From Candidatus Aminicenantes bacterium (GTDB taxonomy: Bacteria; Acidobacteriota; Aminicenantia; Aminicenantales; JAFGBC01): a stretch of 64,000 nt of DNA. Positions 1-9,252 of the stretch are shown here, in pieces. Location: positions 2,528,001 through 2,592,000 of the forward strand of contig OY969696.1 in assembly GCA_963702005.1 (NCBI GenBank), written 5' to 3'. Below the pieces are notes generated by a model that did no database searches, was not told the origin of the DNA, and worked only from the letters and a program-made list of their open reading frames with translations. Both the position numbers and the translations under genes were made by a program. Numbering within the stretch: the first letter of the stretch is position 1; each line of letters opens with the position of its first letter.

Positions 1-482
1 TTGGGGCCGTAGAGGACGGAGGAGGGACCCTTTGTAATCTGGAGGGATTCGATCTGACCGGCCGACACGGTCTTGAGGTCGAAGGAGCCGTAGTAGGGTT
101 CCACGACGGGGACGCCGTCCACGAGAAGGGCGATCCGCTTGGAATCGATGCCCCTGATCTTGAGCGTGTACTCGTCTTTGTTCCCGACCGTGACGTTAAC
201 GCCGGTCGCGAACTTGATGGCTTCGGCCAGGTCGCGCGGCTTGAGAGCCTCGATCGACGTTTTCGCGATCCCGGTCACCGTAGCCAGCTCGACGTCCTTG
301 GGCGCCTTGCCCACGACGAGTATTTCCTCGGTGATCTTGGGCTGTTGTTTTTCCTTCTCTTCTTGGGATGATTGGCCGGATTGGTCCTGAGACGAGAGGA
401 CCGGCGAGGGCGTGACCATGAGGAGAGAAACAACGCCGATAAGGACGAGAGCGGGGAAGAAACGGTTGCGGGTTTTCATCAT
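1..482 (-). CDS. TonB-dependent receptor, N-terminal part (signal peptide + plug domain); runs off window start
   Basis: Manual translation MMKTRNRFFPALVLIGVVSLLMV...ITEEILVVGKAP...LKIRGIDSKRIALLVDGVPV...IESLQITKGPSSVLYGP matches the TonB plug signature. AAGGAGGA RBS immediately upstream. Not in the ORF track because it is truncated. Confidence 0.9.
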   Translation of the reverse strand, partial: MMKTRNRFFPALVLIGVVSLLMVTPSPVLSSQDQSGQSSQEEKEKQQPKITEEILVVGKAPKDVELATVTGIAKTSIEALKPRDLAEAIKFATGVNVTVGNKDEYTLKIRGIDSKRIALLVDGVPVVEPYYGSFDLKTVSAGQIESLQITKGPSSVLYGP

Positions 483-483
483 T

Positions 484-592
484 CCTCCTTTTCAAATTCG
501 GAAGGCCGGGCCGTTTCCAGCCGGACCCTATCGGCCTGAGGGCTTGTCACGTCGTTTTCGACGGGATTTAGCTCCGCAGGCTCGGAGAAGCC
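484..592 (-). promoter_or_regulatory. Moco RNA motif riboswitch (likely P3-less tungsten-cofactor/Tuco type) in the leader of the TonB receptor
   Basis: Minus strand reads CUCCGAGCCUG...CUAA...CAGGCCGAUAGGGUCCGGCUGGAAACGGCCCGGCCUUCCGAAUUUGAAAAGGAGGA, matching Moco motif hallmarks (CUCCGAGC, AGGG, GAAA-capped stem, CCUYCCG-AUUUG-AAAGGAG overlapping the RBS). Located next to mobB, moaD and an AOR-family gene. Confidence 0.8.
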
Positions 593-697
593 AAGAGTCT
601 AACACAGACCGTGACATCTTAGCAACTCCGGCGATGGCGATTTTTGACTTCTTTTATTAGCTGTGCTAATAACCACTCGAGAGGGCCGAGCGCGGCT

Positions 698-1219
698 ATG
701 AAGATCGTCGGGATCAGCGGGCCATCGGGAAGCGGGAAGACGACACTCATCCGCCTCCTCATTCCGGAACTCCGCAAACGGAGGCTCAAGGTCGCCGTCG
801 TCAAGCACTGCCCTCACGGCTTCGACCTCGAAAGGGAAGGGAAGGACTCTTGGCGCTTCGCTCAAGCCGGTGCCCAGGGCGTGGCCATGGTCTCCGGGGA
901 CAGGCTGGCCGTGGCTTACAGGGGTCGCCAGAGACGCAATTGGAAGGCTCTGGCCGATCGCTTTTTCCCGGGGGTCGATATCGTCATTGTCGAGGGCGGA
1001 CGGAACATCAAGGACATCCGGACGATCGAGATCGTAACGGGCCCGGCGGCGTCCGGAGCGCGCAACCGCGATCCGCGGCGGGTGGCCATCATTGTGCCAT
1101 CCGGACGGGGCGTCTCGCGGATCCCGGCAGCCGACATCAAAGCGTTGGCCCGGTTTCTGGAGATAGAACTCCCGGACGAGGCGCCCGGCGCCAAGTCAGT
1201 TCCCCAACGGAGGTCCTAA
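698..1219 (+). CDS. mobB: Molybdopterin-guanine dinucleotide biosynthesis protein B
   Basis: GISGPSGSGKTTL Walker A, VAVVKHCPHGFDLEREGKDSWRF, DIVIVEG. Confidence 0.9.
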   Translation: MKIVGISGPSGSGKTTLIRLLIPELRKRRLKVAVVKHCPHGFDLEREGKDSWRFAQAGAQGVAMVSGDRLAVAYRGRQRRNWKALADRFFPGVDIVIVEGGRNIKDIRTIEIVTGPAASGARNRDPRRVAIIVPSGRGVSRIPAADIKALARFLEIELPDEAPGAKSVPQRRS

Positions 1220-1335
1220 TATGTTCCAATACCTTCGTTGTCGAGGCCAATAAGAAGTTCCAGCTCAAGGTGGGGGAGGACACGGCCTACCCATGCCTGT
1301 ATAGATAAGTCCGTATTAGCGGCGAGAGGTCGATC

Positions 1336-2211
1336 ATGAAACGACGTGAATTCCTGGTGACCGGGGCGGCCGTTGCCCTCGGCGGCTTGGCGGGTACGGC
1401 AAAGCCCGTTTCGGGAGACGCAGCCAGGGCCAAACCGGCCGGCGCCCTTCCCACCGTGCGGCTGGGAACGCTCGAAGTGTCACGCCTGATCCTCGGGTCC
1501 AATCCGTTCTGGGGTTACTCCCATAAGTCCGCCCAGCTTGACGAGGAAATGAAGCGGCACCACACCGACGAGCGGATCATTCAGATTCTCGAGGAGGCGG
1601 CCGACTGCGGGCTGACGGCCGTGGCCAGCCCGCCCGAAGATCGCTGGAGAAAGCTTTGGACGCGCTACGCGGAAAGCGGCGGCCGGCTCAAGATCTGGAT
1701 CTCGCAGTGCCATGGGAAACCCGAGCAGATGCTCGAGGAGATCGATCGCTCCGTCACGGCTGGCGCCAAGGCGATCTTCATCCAGGGCGCTCGGGTCGAG
1801 GAGCAGTTCGGACGGGGCAATTTCGATAGGCTCCGGACCTGGATCGAGCATATCAAAGAGGCCGGCCTTCCGGCGGGCGCCGCGGCGCATTGGCCCGAGA
1901 TCCATCCCGAGCTCGAGCGGCGCAAATTCCCCACGGATTTCTATTACCAGTGCATGTATAACGTCTCTAAAACCGACGACTACAGTCCGGCCGAGCGGGA
2001 GAAAGCCGTTGCGACCATCACGCGGCTGGACAAGCCGGTCATTGCCTACAAAATCCTGGGGGCTGGTCGCCTCTCAGCCGGCGAAGGATTTGAATTCGCG
2101 TTCAATCATATCCAACGCAAAGACGGCGTCTGTGTCGGCATCTATGCTCAAAACGCGATCGACCAGATCCGCCAAAACGCCACCTACACCGAGATGCTTA
2201 CGACACGATAG
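1336..2211 (+). CDS. Tat-signal protein with aldo/keto-reductase-like TIM barrel, function unknown
   Basis: MKRREFL twin-arginine signal; LGTLEVSRLILGSNPF N-terminus and KPVIAYKILGAGR resemble AKR-like families. Confidence 0.65.
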   Translation: MKRREFLVTGAAVALGGLAGTAKPVSGDAARAKPAGALPTVRLGTLEVSRLILGSNPFWGYSHKSAQLDEEMKRHHTDERIIQILEEAADCGLTAVASPPEDRWRKLWTRYAESGGRLKIWISQCHGKPEQMLEEIDRSVTAGAKAIFIQGARVEEQFGRGNFDRLRTWIEHIKEAGLPAGAAAHWPEIHPELERRKFPTDFYYQCMYNVSKTDDYSPAEREKAVATITRLDKPVIAYKILGAGRLSAGEGFEFAFNHIQRKDGVCVGIYAQNAIDQIRQNATYTEMLTTR

Positions 2212-2350
2212 GACTCATGATCCTCATTGACCGACGAGTTCGACGCGGCGATTCTTAGGCCGCTCCTCCTCGGTCTTGTTGGACGCCACTGCGGGCGAGC
2301 GGCCCGATGCCGTAAGGCTTAGGCCGGGGCCGAGCCAAGGCGCAGGCGCG

Positions 2351-3934
2351 CTAAAGATCGCGGCGGGTCCACTCGCCGTCGATGAGACGCCACATGCGTC
2401 CGTTCGGATTCCGGTCCTGAAGTTCGGGGGGGAGCCTATGGGGCCGGACTCCGTCGTAGCAACGGAGAGCGGCGAAGCGGAGCAGGGAGGCTGGGATTCC
2501 GACCGCCGTGAATCCCGGATGTCCGGTCGCTGGATAGGGCCCGCCGTGGTTCATGGCCGGGCTGACGGCGACTCCGGTCGGCATCCGGTCGTTGAGAAGG
2601 CGCCCAACTTTTTGCTTGAGCAGCGGCTCGACCTCGCGGTAGGCCGTCTCGTCCTCGTCCCCGCTTCCGCTGTAGACGGTTCCCGTCAGGCTGCCCTCCA
2701 GAACAGATACGACGGCGTGGAGCTCCTCGAGGTTTTCGGCGATCACGAGGAGAGACACCGAGCCGAAGGCCTCGGTCTGTAAATCCCTGGGCGACCTCAA
2801 AAAGGCTCTTCCCGAAACGCGGAGGAGCGTCGGGGCAAACAAGAATCCGGGGTCTTCCGGCGGCTTGCCCCGGGCGATGATCTCGGCCCCGTGCCGGCCC
2901 AGATTTTCCAGGGAGCGGACGACGCTTTCGAGCGTCTTCCGGCCGACGAGAACGCCGGGACTCGCTGCTCGGAAAAGAGAAACCGCGCTCTCGATGAACT
3001 CGTCCGCGCCCGGCCCCTTGACGAGAATGACCATGCCCGGCTTGGTGCAGAATTGGCCGGCGCCCAGCGTGCAAGATTCGAAAAGTTCCTTGGAGATCGC
3101 CTCAGGCTTCTCTTCGAGCGCGGCGCGAAGGATGATGACGGGATTGACGCTCGACATTTCGACACTGATGGGTTTGCCGGCCCGGTCGGCAGCATCCTTG
3201 AGACGGAGACCGGCCGGCCGGCTTCCGGTGAAGGCCGAGGCGGCGACAAGGGGATGGGCGACGAGCCGGAGCCCGGCATCGTCATCGATATGATAGACCA
3301 TCTGGACGGCCGCGGCGGGAAGGCCGCTCCGGGCCGAGGCCTCGGATGCGGCTTCGGCCAGCACGCGGCTCGTCCCCGGATGCAGGGGATGGGCCTTGGC
3401 CAAGACGGGATTTCCAGCGGCCAGGGCGGCCGCAAAATCGCCGCCCGAGACGGCGTTGAACGCGAACGGAAAATTGTTGGGCCCGAAGATGAGGACCGGC
3501 CCGCCGAGCGGCTCGAACATGGAGCGGATCCCGGCCCGGGTGTCGATCATCGCCCGGCACCAGGACCGATCGCGCACGGCTTCGGCCGCCATCCGGAGCT
3601 GGCCCGTCGTCCTAGGAAGCTCGACGGTTCGGAGGCGAGGCTCCGCGGGCAGCCCGGTTTCCCGATGCGCGATCTCGACGAGGTCCGGAGCGCGCCGCTC
3701 GATCAGTTCGGCGTAGATTTCGAAAAAATCAGCCCTGACCTCGGGCGGCAGATCGCTGAGCTCCACGGCGGCACGCGCTCCGGCCCGAACGGCCAACTCG
3801 ACTTCTTCAAAGGAGGAGACCGGGAACTCCGCGCCGAAAGGTTGGCCTGTCAGGGGAGAGACGGGCCGAAAGGTTCCGGCTGGGGCGTGGGGCGGCCTGA
3901 TACGGCCCTCGATCAAGACCGGCTCAAGGGGCAT
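2351..3934 (-). CDS. NADP-dependent aldehyde dehydrogenase (alpha-ketoglutaric semialdehyde dehydrogenase-like)
   Basis: FGPNNFPFAF, FTGSRPAG, EMSSVNP, GAGQFCTKPG, NHGGPYPAT motifs. Confidence 0.9.
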   Translation of the reverse strand: MPLEPVLIEGRIRPPHAPAGTFRPVSPLTGQPFGAEFPVSSFEEVELAVRAGARAAVELSDLPPEVRADFFEIYAELIERRAPDLVEIAHRETGLPAEPRLRTVELPRTTGQLRMAAEAVRDRSWCRAMIDTRAGIRSMFEPLGGPVLIFGPNNFPFAFNAVSGGDFAAALAAGNPVLAKAHPLHPGTSRVLAEAASEASARSGLPAAAVQMVYHIDDDAGLRLVAHPLVAASAFTGSRPAGLRLKDAADRAGKPISVEMSSVNPVIILRAALEEKPEAISKELFESCTLGAGQFCTKPGMVILVKGPGADEFIESAVSLFRAASPGVLVGRKTLESVVRSLENLGRHGAEIIARGKPPEDPGFLFAPTLLRVSGRAFLRSPRDLQTEAFGSVSLLVIAENLEELHAVVSVLEGSLTGTVYSGSGDEDETAYREVEPLLKQKVGRLLNDRMPTGVAVSPAMNHGGPYPATGHPGFTAVGIPASLLRFAALRCYDGVRPHRLPPELQDRNPNGRMWRLIDGEWTRRDL

Positions 3935-3942
3935 GGGGTGGA

Positions 3943-4176
3943 TCAGCCTCCGGAGTATATGGGGGCGATGACGACCCGGTCGCCTTCGCGGAGAACGTCC
4001 TGGGGGCGGAGGGTTTCGCCGTTCCGGGTCATGATCATGGGCTTGGGATTATTGAGGTTGATAAGGGCGACGACGGCTTCGGCCGTCGCCCCTTCGGCGA
4101 GTTCGACTTCTTTTTCGCTGAAGCCGGCCGAAACTATGAAGGGGCCGATGATCTTGACGGTGATCCTCATGGGCAC
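3943..4176 (-). CDS. MoaD/ThiS family sulfur carrier
   Basis: 77 aa ubiquitin-like protein ending LREGDRVVIAPIYSGG. Confidence 0.9.
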   Translation of the reverse strand: MPMRITVKIIGPFIVSAGFSEKEVELAEGATAEAVVALINLNNPKPMIMTRNGETLRPQDVLREGDRVVIAPIYSGG

Positions 4177-4200
4177 GACTCCAGGGCGCTCCTTTCCAGT

Positions 4201-6039
4201 TTAGGTGAGCTTGGCGATTTTTTCTACGACCTCGGCCTCGTCGGCCAGACCCAATGCGACGGCCGTCGCCTTGGTCGGGATGCCCCGCTTGTCATAGCCG
4301 CGTATGTCGTAATAGTGCTGGAGGAGGCCGTCGTACTTGTCGTATTCGAGGCATTTTCCGGCGATTGGGCCCTCGCTGTCGACGTTGGAGGGGTCGAACC
4401 AAACCGCGGGCGGATAGTCCAGCTTGCGCTCGGTCCGCGGATATTCCCGGAGCCAGAAGAGCTTCATCATGGCATAGATCCGGTCGGAGACCCTCCAGAA
4501 ATCGTCGAGCGTCCAGTCCAGGCCGCTGACCAGGTTGAAGTACTTGGGATAATTCTCCAGGCTCCAGCCGAGCTCGATCCAGGGGAAGCGGCAGGAGACG
4601 ATGGACTCGAACAGCCCGCCCCGGATCCTCTGAAGGTCGATGACCTTCTGGGCTTTCTCGGGGCCGTAGGAATCGCGCGACGTTTGCTTGAGCTCGAAGG
4701 TGATAACCCAGGATTCTTTGTGATGGGCGCCGATCGGGGAGACGCCGAAGGCCAGGGCCATGCCGGGGATGAACTTGCAGTTGTAGGCGGCGACCTCGAG
4801 TCCCTTGACCTGCATGGCGTAGGCCTCGGAATTCTTGCCGATCGTCCGCGCCGCCCGCAGCGAGCCTTCGGCCAGGAGGTTTCCGATTTCACCCTCGCGG
4901 CGGGCGATCTTTCCCAGAAGCTCCTTGGCCTTGGCGGCGTCGCCGAACTTGAAATCGCCGGCGACGGCGCCCTGATCGATGGCGTCGGCGTAGAAGCTCA
5001 GGACGCAGCCGCCCGACATGGTGTCGATCCCGTAGTCGTCGCAAAGATAGTTGAGCGAGGCGACTTGGGCCAGGTCGAAGATTTCCAGGTTCGGCCCGAG
5101 CAGGGCGACGTTTTCGTAATCGAGCTCGGACTCGCGCCCCTCGGCGTCGTGGATGGCGATGCCGCAGCGCATCGTGCAGTTCGGGCAGCCGTAGGTGGCG
5201 ACCCGGGCGTTGTTGAGTCGCTCGCCGTCTACTTTCCAGGCGTCGGCGTGAAAGGTCTTCCGGAAATTGCGGACGGGGAGGGCGGCCACCTCGTTGCACC
5301 AGGCCAGGACGCCGTTCGTGCTCTGGATCGACCAGCCGGTCTCCTTGTCGATCTGGTGGACTTTTTTGAGGTCGTCCGAGCCGATCTTCTTCATGGCCTC
5401 CGGGTCGGCCTGGGGAATCGGTTTCGTCCCCTTGACGACGATAGCCTTGAGGCGCTTCGAGCCCATGACGGCGCCCATGCCCGTCCGGCCGCCCGACCGG
5501 CCCTCGAGGCTGCGGACGACGGCCCAGCGGACCATCCTTTCGCCGCCCTGGCCGATGTTGAGGACGCCGATGCCTTTCCCATATTTCGCGTAAATCCAGT
5601 CGTTGGTTTCGTAGGTTCCTTTGCCCCAGACGGCGTCGGCGGGAAGGAACTCGACCTTGTCGTCTTCGATGGCCAGCAGGGTCGGGCGTTCCGCCCGGCC
5701 TTCGACGATCAAGGCGTCATAACCGGCCTTGCGGAGATGCTCGGCGACCCGGGTCCCCAGGTTTCCGTCGCCGTAGCCGCCCGTGCTGGGCGACTTGCCT
5801 GCGACGACGGCCTTGCCCGTATTGGGTGCGGGGATGCCGGCGATCGGGCCGAGGGCGACGATGAACTTATTGTCCGGGCCGAGGGGGTCGACGCCGGGCG
5901 CGAGCTCGTCGAAGAGGATCTTGGCGGCGAAGCCGCGGCCGCCGATCCATTTGCGGGCAAAATCCTCGTCGAAATGATCGACCTTGGAAGTTTTATGGGT
6001 CAGGTTGACCCTCAGGATGCGTCCCGTCCAGCCGTTCAT
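4201..6039 (-). CDS. Tungsten aldehyde:ferredoxin oxidoreductase family, FOR-like
   Basis: MNGWTGRILRVNL, GGRG, KSPSTGGYGDGNLG, GMGAVMGSKRLKA, CPNCTMRCG, ELDYENVALLG, GAHHKESW. Start reassigned to ATG 6039. Confidence 0.93.
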   Translation of the reverse strand: MNGWTGRILRVNLTHKTSKVDHFDEDFARKWIGGRGFAAKILFDELAPGVDPLGPDNKFIVALGPIAGIPAPNTGKAVVAGKSPSTGGYGDGNLGTRVAEHLRKAGYDALIVEGRAERPTLLAIEDDKVEFLPADAVWGKGTYETNDWIYAKYGKGIGVLNIGQGGERMVRWAVVRSLEGRSGGRTGMGAVMGSKRLKAIVVKGTKPIPQADPEAMKKIGSDDLKKVHQIDKETGWSIQSTNGVLAWCNEVAALPVRNFRKTFHADAWKVDGERLNNARVATYGCPNCTMRCGIAIHDAEGRESELDYENVALLGPNLEIFDLAQVASLNYLCDDYGIDTMSGGCVLSFYADAIDQGAVAGDFKFGDAAKAKELLGKIARREGEIGNLLAEGSLRAARTIGKNSEAYAMQVKGLEVAAYNCKFIPGMALAFGVSPIGAHHKESWVITFELKQTSRDSYGPEKAQKVIDLQRIRGGLFESIVSCRFPWIELGWSLENYPKYFNLVSGLDWTLDDFWRVSDRIYAMMKLFWLREYPRTERKLDYPPAVWFDPSNVDSEGPIAGKCLEYDKYDGLLQHYYDIRGYDKRGIPTKATAVALGLADEAEVVEKIAKLT

Positions 6040-6114
6040 TGTGTGTACCTCGATTGGTAGGATGGTCGATCGTTCGAACCGTTCTTCTATTCGATAGCAC
6101 AGGACCATAGCCAA

Positions 6115-6182
6115 GTCAACCCCTCGACACTCATAGAAGCCATGAGTACTGCAAGGCTGGGTAGCGTAGGCGAACGGGTCAA
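6115..6182 (-). repeat. Short variant of palindromic TGAC-bounded element (copy A)
   Basis: Minus strand TTGACCCGTTCGCCTACGC...GTCGAGGGGTTGAC shares both ends with the copies at 17340 and 46003; internal ACTCAT/ATGAGT hairpin. Confidence 0.75.
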
Positions 6183-6271
6183 GCTTGGTGGGCTTCACGC
6201 CCCCCATGAACATTCCGGGCCGAGATGCGTATAAAGAATGGGGACTACGACCGATCCCCAGGAGGTGCGTT

Positions 6272-6472
6272 ATGGCCAAGAGATTGTATCGCTCGACGAC
6301 CCATAAAATGCTGGGCGGCATCTGCGCCGGGCTGGCCAACTATTTCGACCTCGATATCTCCCTGATGCGGCTGATTTTCGTCGCGGTTGCCCTGGTCACG
6401 GCCCTGTTCCCGATGCTGCTCTTTTACATCATCGCCTGGATCGTCATTCCTTCCCAGCCCCAGGAGAACTGA
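6272..6472 (+). CDS. PspC domain membrane protein
   Basis: MAKRLYRSTTHKMLGGICAGLANYF...YIIAWIVIP; AGGAGG RBS. Confidence 0.92.
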   Translation: MAKRLYRSTTHKMLGGICAGLANYFDLDISLMRLIFVAVALVTALFPMLLFYIIAWIVIPSQPQEN

Positions 6473-6588
6473 CGAACCGCGATTATTATAGGGTATTTCA
6501 GATCCATTCTGTCGGCAGAGAAGGGGCTCACTCAATTGACTGAACCGTTCGTTCATAGTAGCATGGTGTCTGAAAGGAAGAGGGACCC

Positions 6589-7575
6589 ATGGCCAAAGAT
6601 CTCATCCTGATCACCGGCGCCGGCGGGTTCATCGGCGGGCACATGATTGCCGATTTGAGGCGGAAGGGGCACCGGGACCTCCGGGCCGTCGATATCAAGC
6701 CCTTGGACGAGTGGCAGCAGCGTTTCGATGACGTCGACAACCTCGTCCTCGACCTCAAGCTCAAAGCCTCCTGCGAGAAGGCCGTCAAGGGGGCCGCCGT
6801 AGTCTACAACTTCGCCGCGGACATGGGCGGGATGGGTTTCATCGAGAACAATAAAGCCCTGTGCATGCTCTCGGTCCTCATCAATACCCATATGCTCCAG
6901 GCCTCGCTGCGGGCCAAGGTCGGCCGCTACTTCTATTCCTCGTCGGCTTGCGTCTACAATGCCGACAAACAGAGGAATACGGACGTTATCCCCCTCAAGG
7001 AAGAAGATGCCTACCCCGCCATGCCCGAGGACGGCTACGGCTGGGAAAAGCTTTTTTCGGAGCGGATGTGCCGCCATTTCAGGGAAGATTTCGGCCTGGC
7101 GACGCGGATGGCCCGTTTCCACAATGTCTATGGGCCCTACGGGACCTGGGACGGAGGCCGGGAGAAGGCTCCGGCCGCGATCTGCCGGAAGGTCATCGAA
7201 GCCAAGGTCCAGGGCCGGGACACGATCGAGATCTGGGGGGACGGCCATCAGACCCGGAGCTTCATGTACATCGACGACTGCCTCAAGGGCGTCGGCATGA
7301 TCATGGCCAGCGATATCCTGGAGGCCATCAACCTCGGCTCGAACGAGCTGGTGACCATCAATCAACTCGTCGATATCGTCGAGGAGATCGCCGGGATCAA
7401 GCTCAAGCGGCGCTATGACCTCTCGGCCCCCAAGGGCGTCAACGGCCGAAACAGCGACAATACCCGCATCCAGGAGCTTCTGGGCTGGGAGCCGGGCATC
7501 CGGCTCCGGGACGGCATGGCCAAGACCTACGCCTGGATCTACGACCAGTACCAAGCCCGCCTCAAGAATCGCTGA
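6589..7575 (+). CDS. NAD-dependent epimerase (GDP-mannose 3,5-epimerase-like)
   Basis: TGAGGFIG, AADMGGMGFI, YSSSACVY, YGWEK, REKAPAAICRK. Confidence 0.88.
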   Translation: MAKDLILITGAGGFIGGHMIADLRRKGHRDLRAVDIKPLDEWQQRFDDVDNLVLDLKLKASCEKAVKGAAVVYNFAADMGGMGFIENNKALCMLSVLINTHMLQASLRAKVGRYFYSSSACVYNADKQRNTDVIPLKEEDAYPAMPEDGYGWEKLFSERMCRHFREDFGLATRMARFHNVYGPYGTWDGGREKAPAAICRKVIEAKVQGRDTIEIWGDGHQTRSFMYIDDCLKGVGMIMASDILEAINLGSNELVTINQLVDIVEEIAGIKLKRRYDLSAPKGVNGRNSDNTRIQELLGWEPGIRLRDGMAKTYAWIYDQYQARLKNR

Positions 7576-7640
7576 GACAGTCCTTCATCCCTTCCGGTTG
7601 ACTTATCCGGGCTAATTTTGTATGGTTGAGGCAAAATTCG

Positions 7641-8321
7641 ATGACGACGAAGGCCCTGCGCGAGGAAATTCCCTATCGGCATATCGCCGTCGAGGGCGTC
7701 TTCAAGTCCGGCAAATCGAAGCTGGCTGGCCTGATCGCGCAGCGGCTGGGCGCCCGGGCCGCCCTCGACAAGACCGACAACCCCTACCTCAAGGATTTCT
7801 ACGATGAGAAAGAAGGGGCCTCCTTCCTGGCTCAGCTCGTCTTTCTCGTCAACCGCTACCACCAGCAGGCCCGTCTCGTTCAACGGGAGCTGTTCGAAGA
7901 CCGGATCGTCTGCGACTACCTGTTCGAGAAAGACAAAATCTACGCCTACCAGACCCTGACCGACGACGAGCTCGTCGTCTACGAGCGGATCTATACGATC
8001 CTCTCCGAGCGGGTCCCACGCCCCGATTTCGTCGTCTACCTCCAGATCTCGGTGCCGACACTCATCAAACGGATCGGCCGGGAAGGGAACCTTCTCGAGA
8101 AAAACGTCTCCGAGAAATATCTGGAGGACATCATCGAGGCCTACGATTATTTCTTTTTCAATTACCAGGCGACGCCGCTCCTGGTCGTCAAGGCCGACGA
8201 GCTGGATTTCAGCCGCGAAGAGGACGTCCTCGAGCTTCTGGACCAGGTCAAGCTGGTCAAAAAGAGCCCTCTTTTTTACGTGCCGTTGAGCCGTTCCAAC
8301 CGGAGTATTCCGAGGAGCTGA
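7641..8321 (+). CDS. Deoxynucleoside kinase family protein
   Basis: IAVEGVFKSGKS P-loop, NPYLKDFY, QLVFLVNRY; lies upstream of panB. Confidence 0.85.
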   Translation: MTTKALREEIPYRHIAVEGVFKSGKSKLAGLIAQRLGARAALDKTDNPYLKDFYDEKEGASFLAQLVFLVNRYHQQARLVQRELFEDRIVCDYLFEKDKIYAYQTLTDDELVVYERIYTILSERVPRPDFVVYLQISVPTLIKRIGREGNLLEKNVSEKYLEDIIEAYDYFFFNYQATPLLVVKADELDFSREEDVLELLDQVKLVKKSPLFYVPLSRSNRSIPRS

Positions 8322-8376
8322 ATAGACTTTACCTCAATCCCGGACTCAGCCGGGATGGGGAGAAAGGAAAGCGCCG

Positions 8377-9252
8377 ATGTCGAATACGGATTCCCCCAAA
8401 ATCACGATCCCCTCTCTCCAGGCTAAAAAGGCCGCGCGGGAAAGGATCGTCGCGCTGACGGCCTACGACTTTCCCCAGGCCGCCTTGGTCGAAGAGGCCG
8501 GCGTCGACCTGATCCTGGTCGGCGATTCCCTGGGCATGGTCGTGCTGGGCTACCCGAACACGATCCCCGTCACCATGGAGGAGATGATCCACCACACCAA
8601 GGCCGTGAGCCGGGCCTGCCGGAGGGCCCTCGTCATTGGCGACATGCCCTATTTCTCGTTTCATCTATCCGCGGAGGAAACGATCCGGAACGCCTCCCGC
8701 TTCCTCAAGGAGGCGGGCGCCGGCGGCGTCAAGATCGAGGGCGCTTCGCCGCCCCGCTTGAGGCTGGTCCGGGCCTTGGTCGAAGCCGAGATCCCGGTCA
8801 TGGGACACGTCGGCCTGACCCCCCAGTCCATCCACCGTTTCGGCCAATACAAGGTCAAGGGCAAGGACGCGGCCGAAGCCGAGCGGATCCTGAAGGGCGC
8901 CCGCGCCCTGGAAGCGGCCGGGGCCTTCTCGGTCGTCCTCGAGTGCGTCCCGGCCGAGCTCGCGCGACTCGTGACCGAGTCCCTTTCCATTCCGACCATC
9001 GGCATCGGGGCCGGGCCCGACTGCGACGGCCAGATCCTGGTCTTTCACGACCTTCTCGGTTTCTCGACCGGCTATCTCCCCAAGTTCGTCCGGACCTACG
9101 CGAACCTGGGGGAGGTCATCGGCGGCGCCGTCAAGCGCTACGCGGAAGATGTCCGGCGAGGATCTTTCCCGGACGACGAGCATTCCTACCATCTCCCGGC
9201 CGAGACGCTCCGGACACTCTCCTCGAAGAGGGTGGGGGCGAAAAAACCATGA
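8377..9252 (+). CDS. panB: 3-methyl-2-oxobutanoate hydroxymethyltransferase
   Basis: LTAYD, ILVGDSLGM, GHVGLTPQS, GIGAGPDCDGQILV. Confidence 0.97.
   Translation: MSNTDSPKITIPSLQAKKAARERIVALTAYDFPQAALVEEAGVDLILVGDSLGMVVLGYPNTIPVTMEEMIHHTKAVSRACRRALVIGDMPYFSFHLSAEETIRNASRFLKEAGAGGVKIEGASPPRLRLVRALVEAEIPVMGHVGLTPQSIHRFGQYKVKGKDAAEAERILKGARALEAAGAFSVVLECVPAELARLVTESLSIPTIGIGAGPDCDGQILVFHDLLGFSTGYLPKFVRTYANLGEVIGGAVKRYAEDVRRGSFPDDEHSYHLPAETLRTLSSKRVGAKKP

Noticed and set aside
2212-2350. Possible ncRNA in GC-rich intergenic spacers (also 26830-26928 and 30594-30745)
   Set aside because: No shared motif or recognisable RNA family by eye
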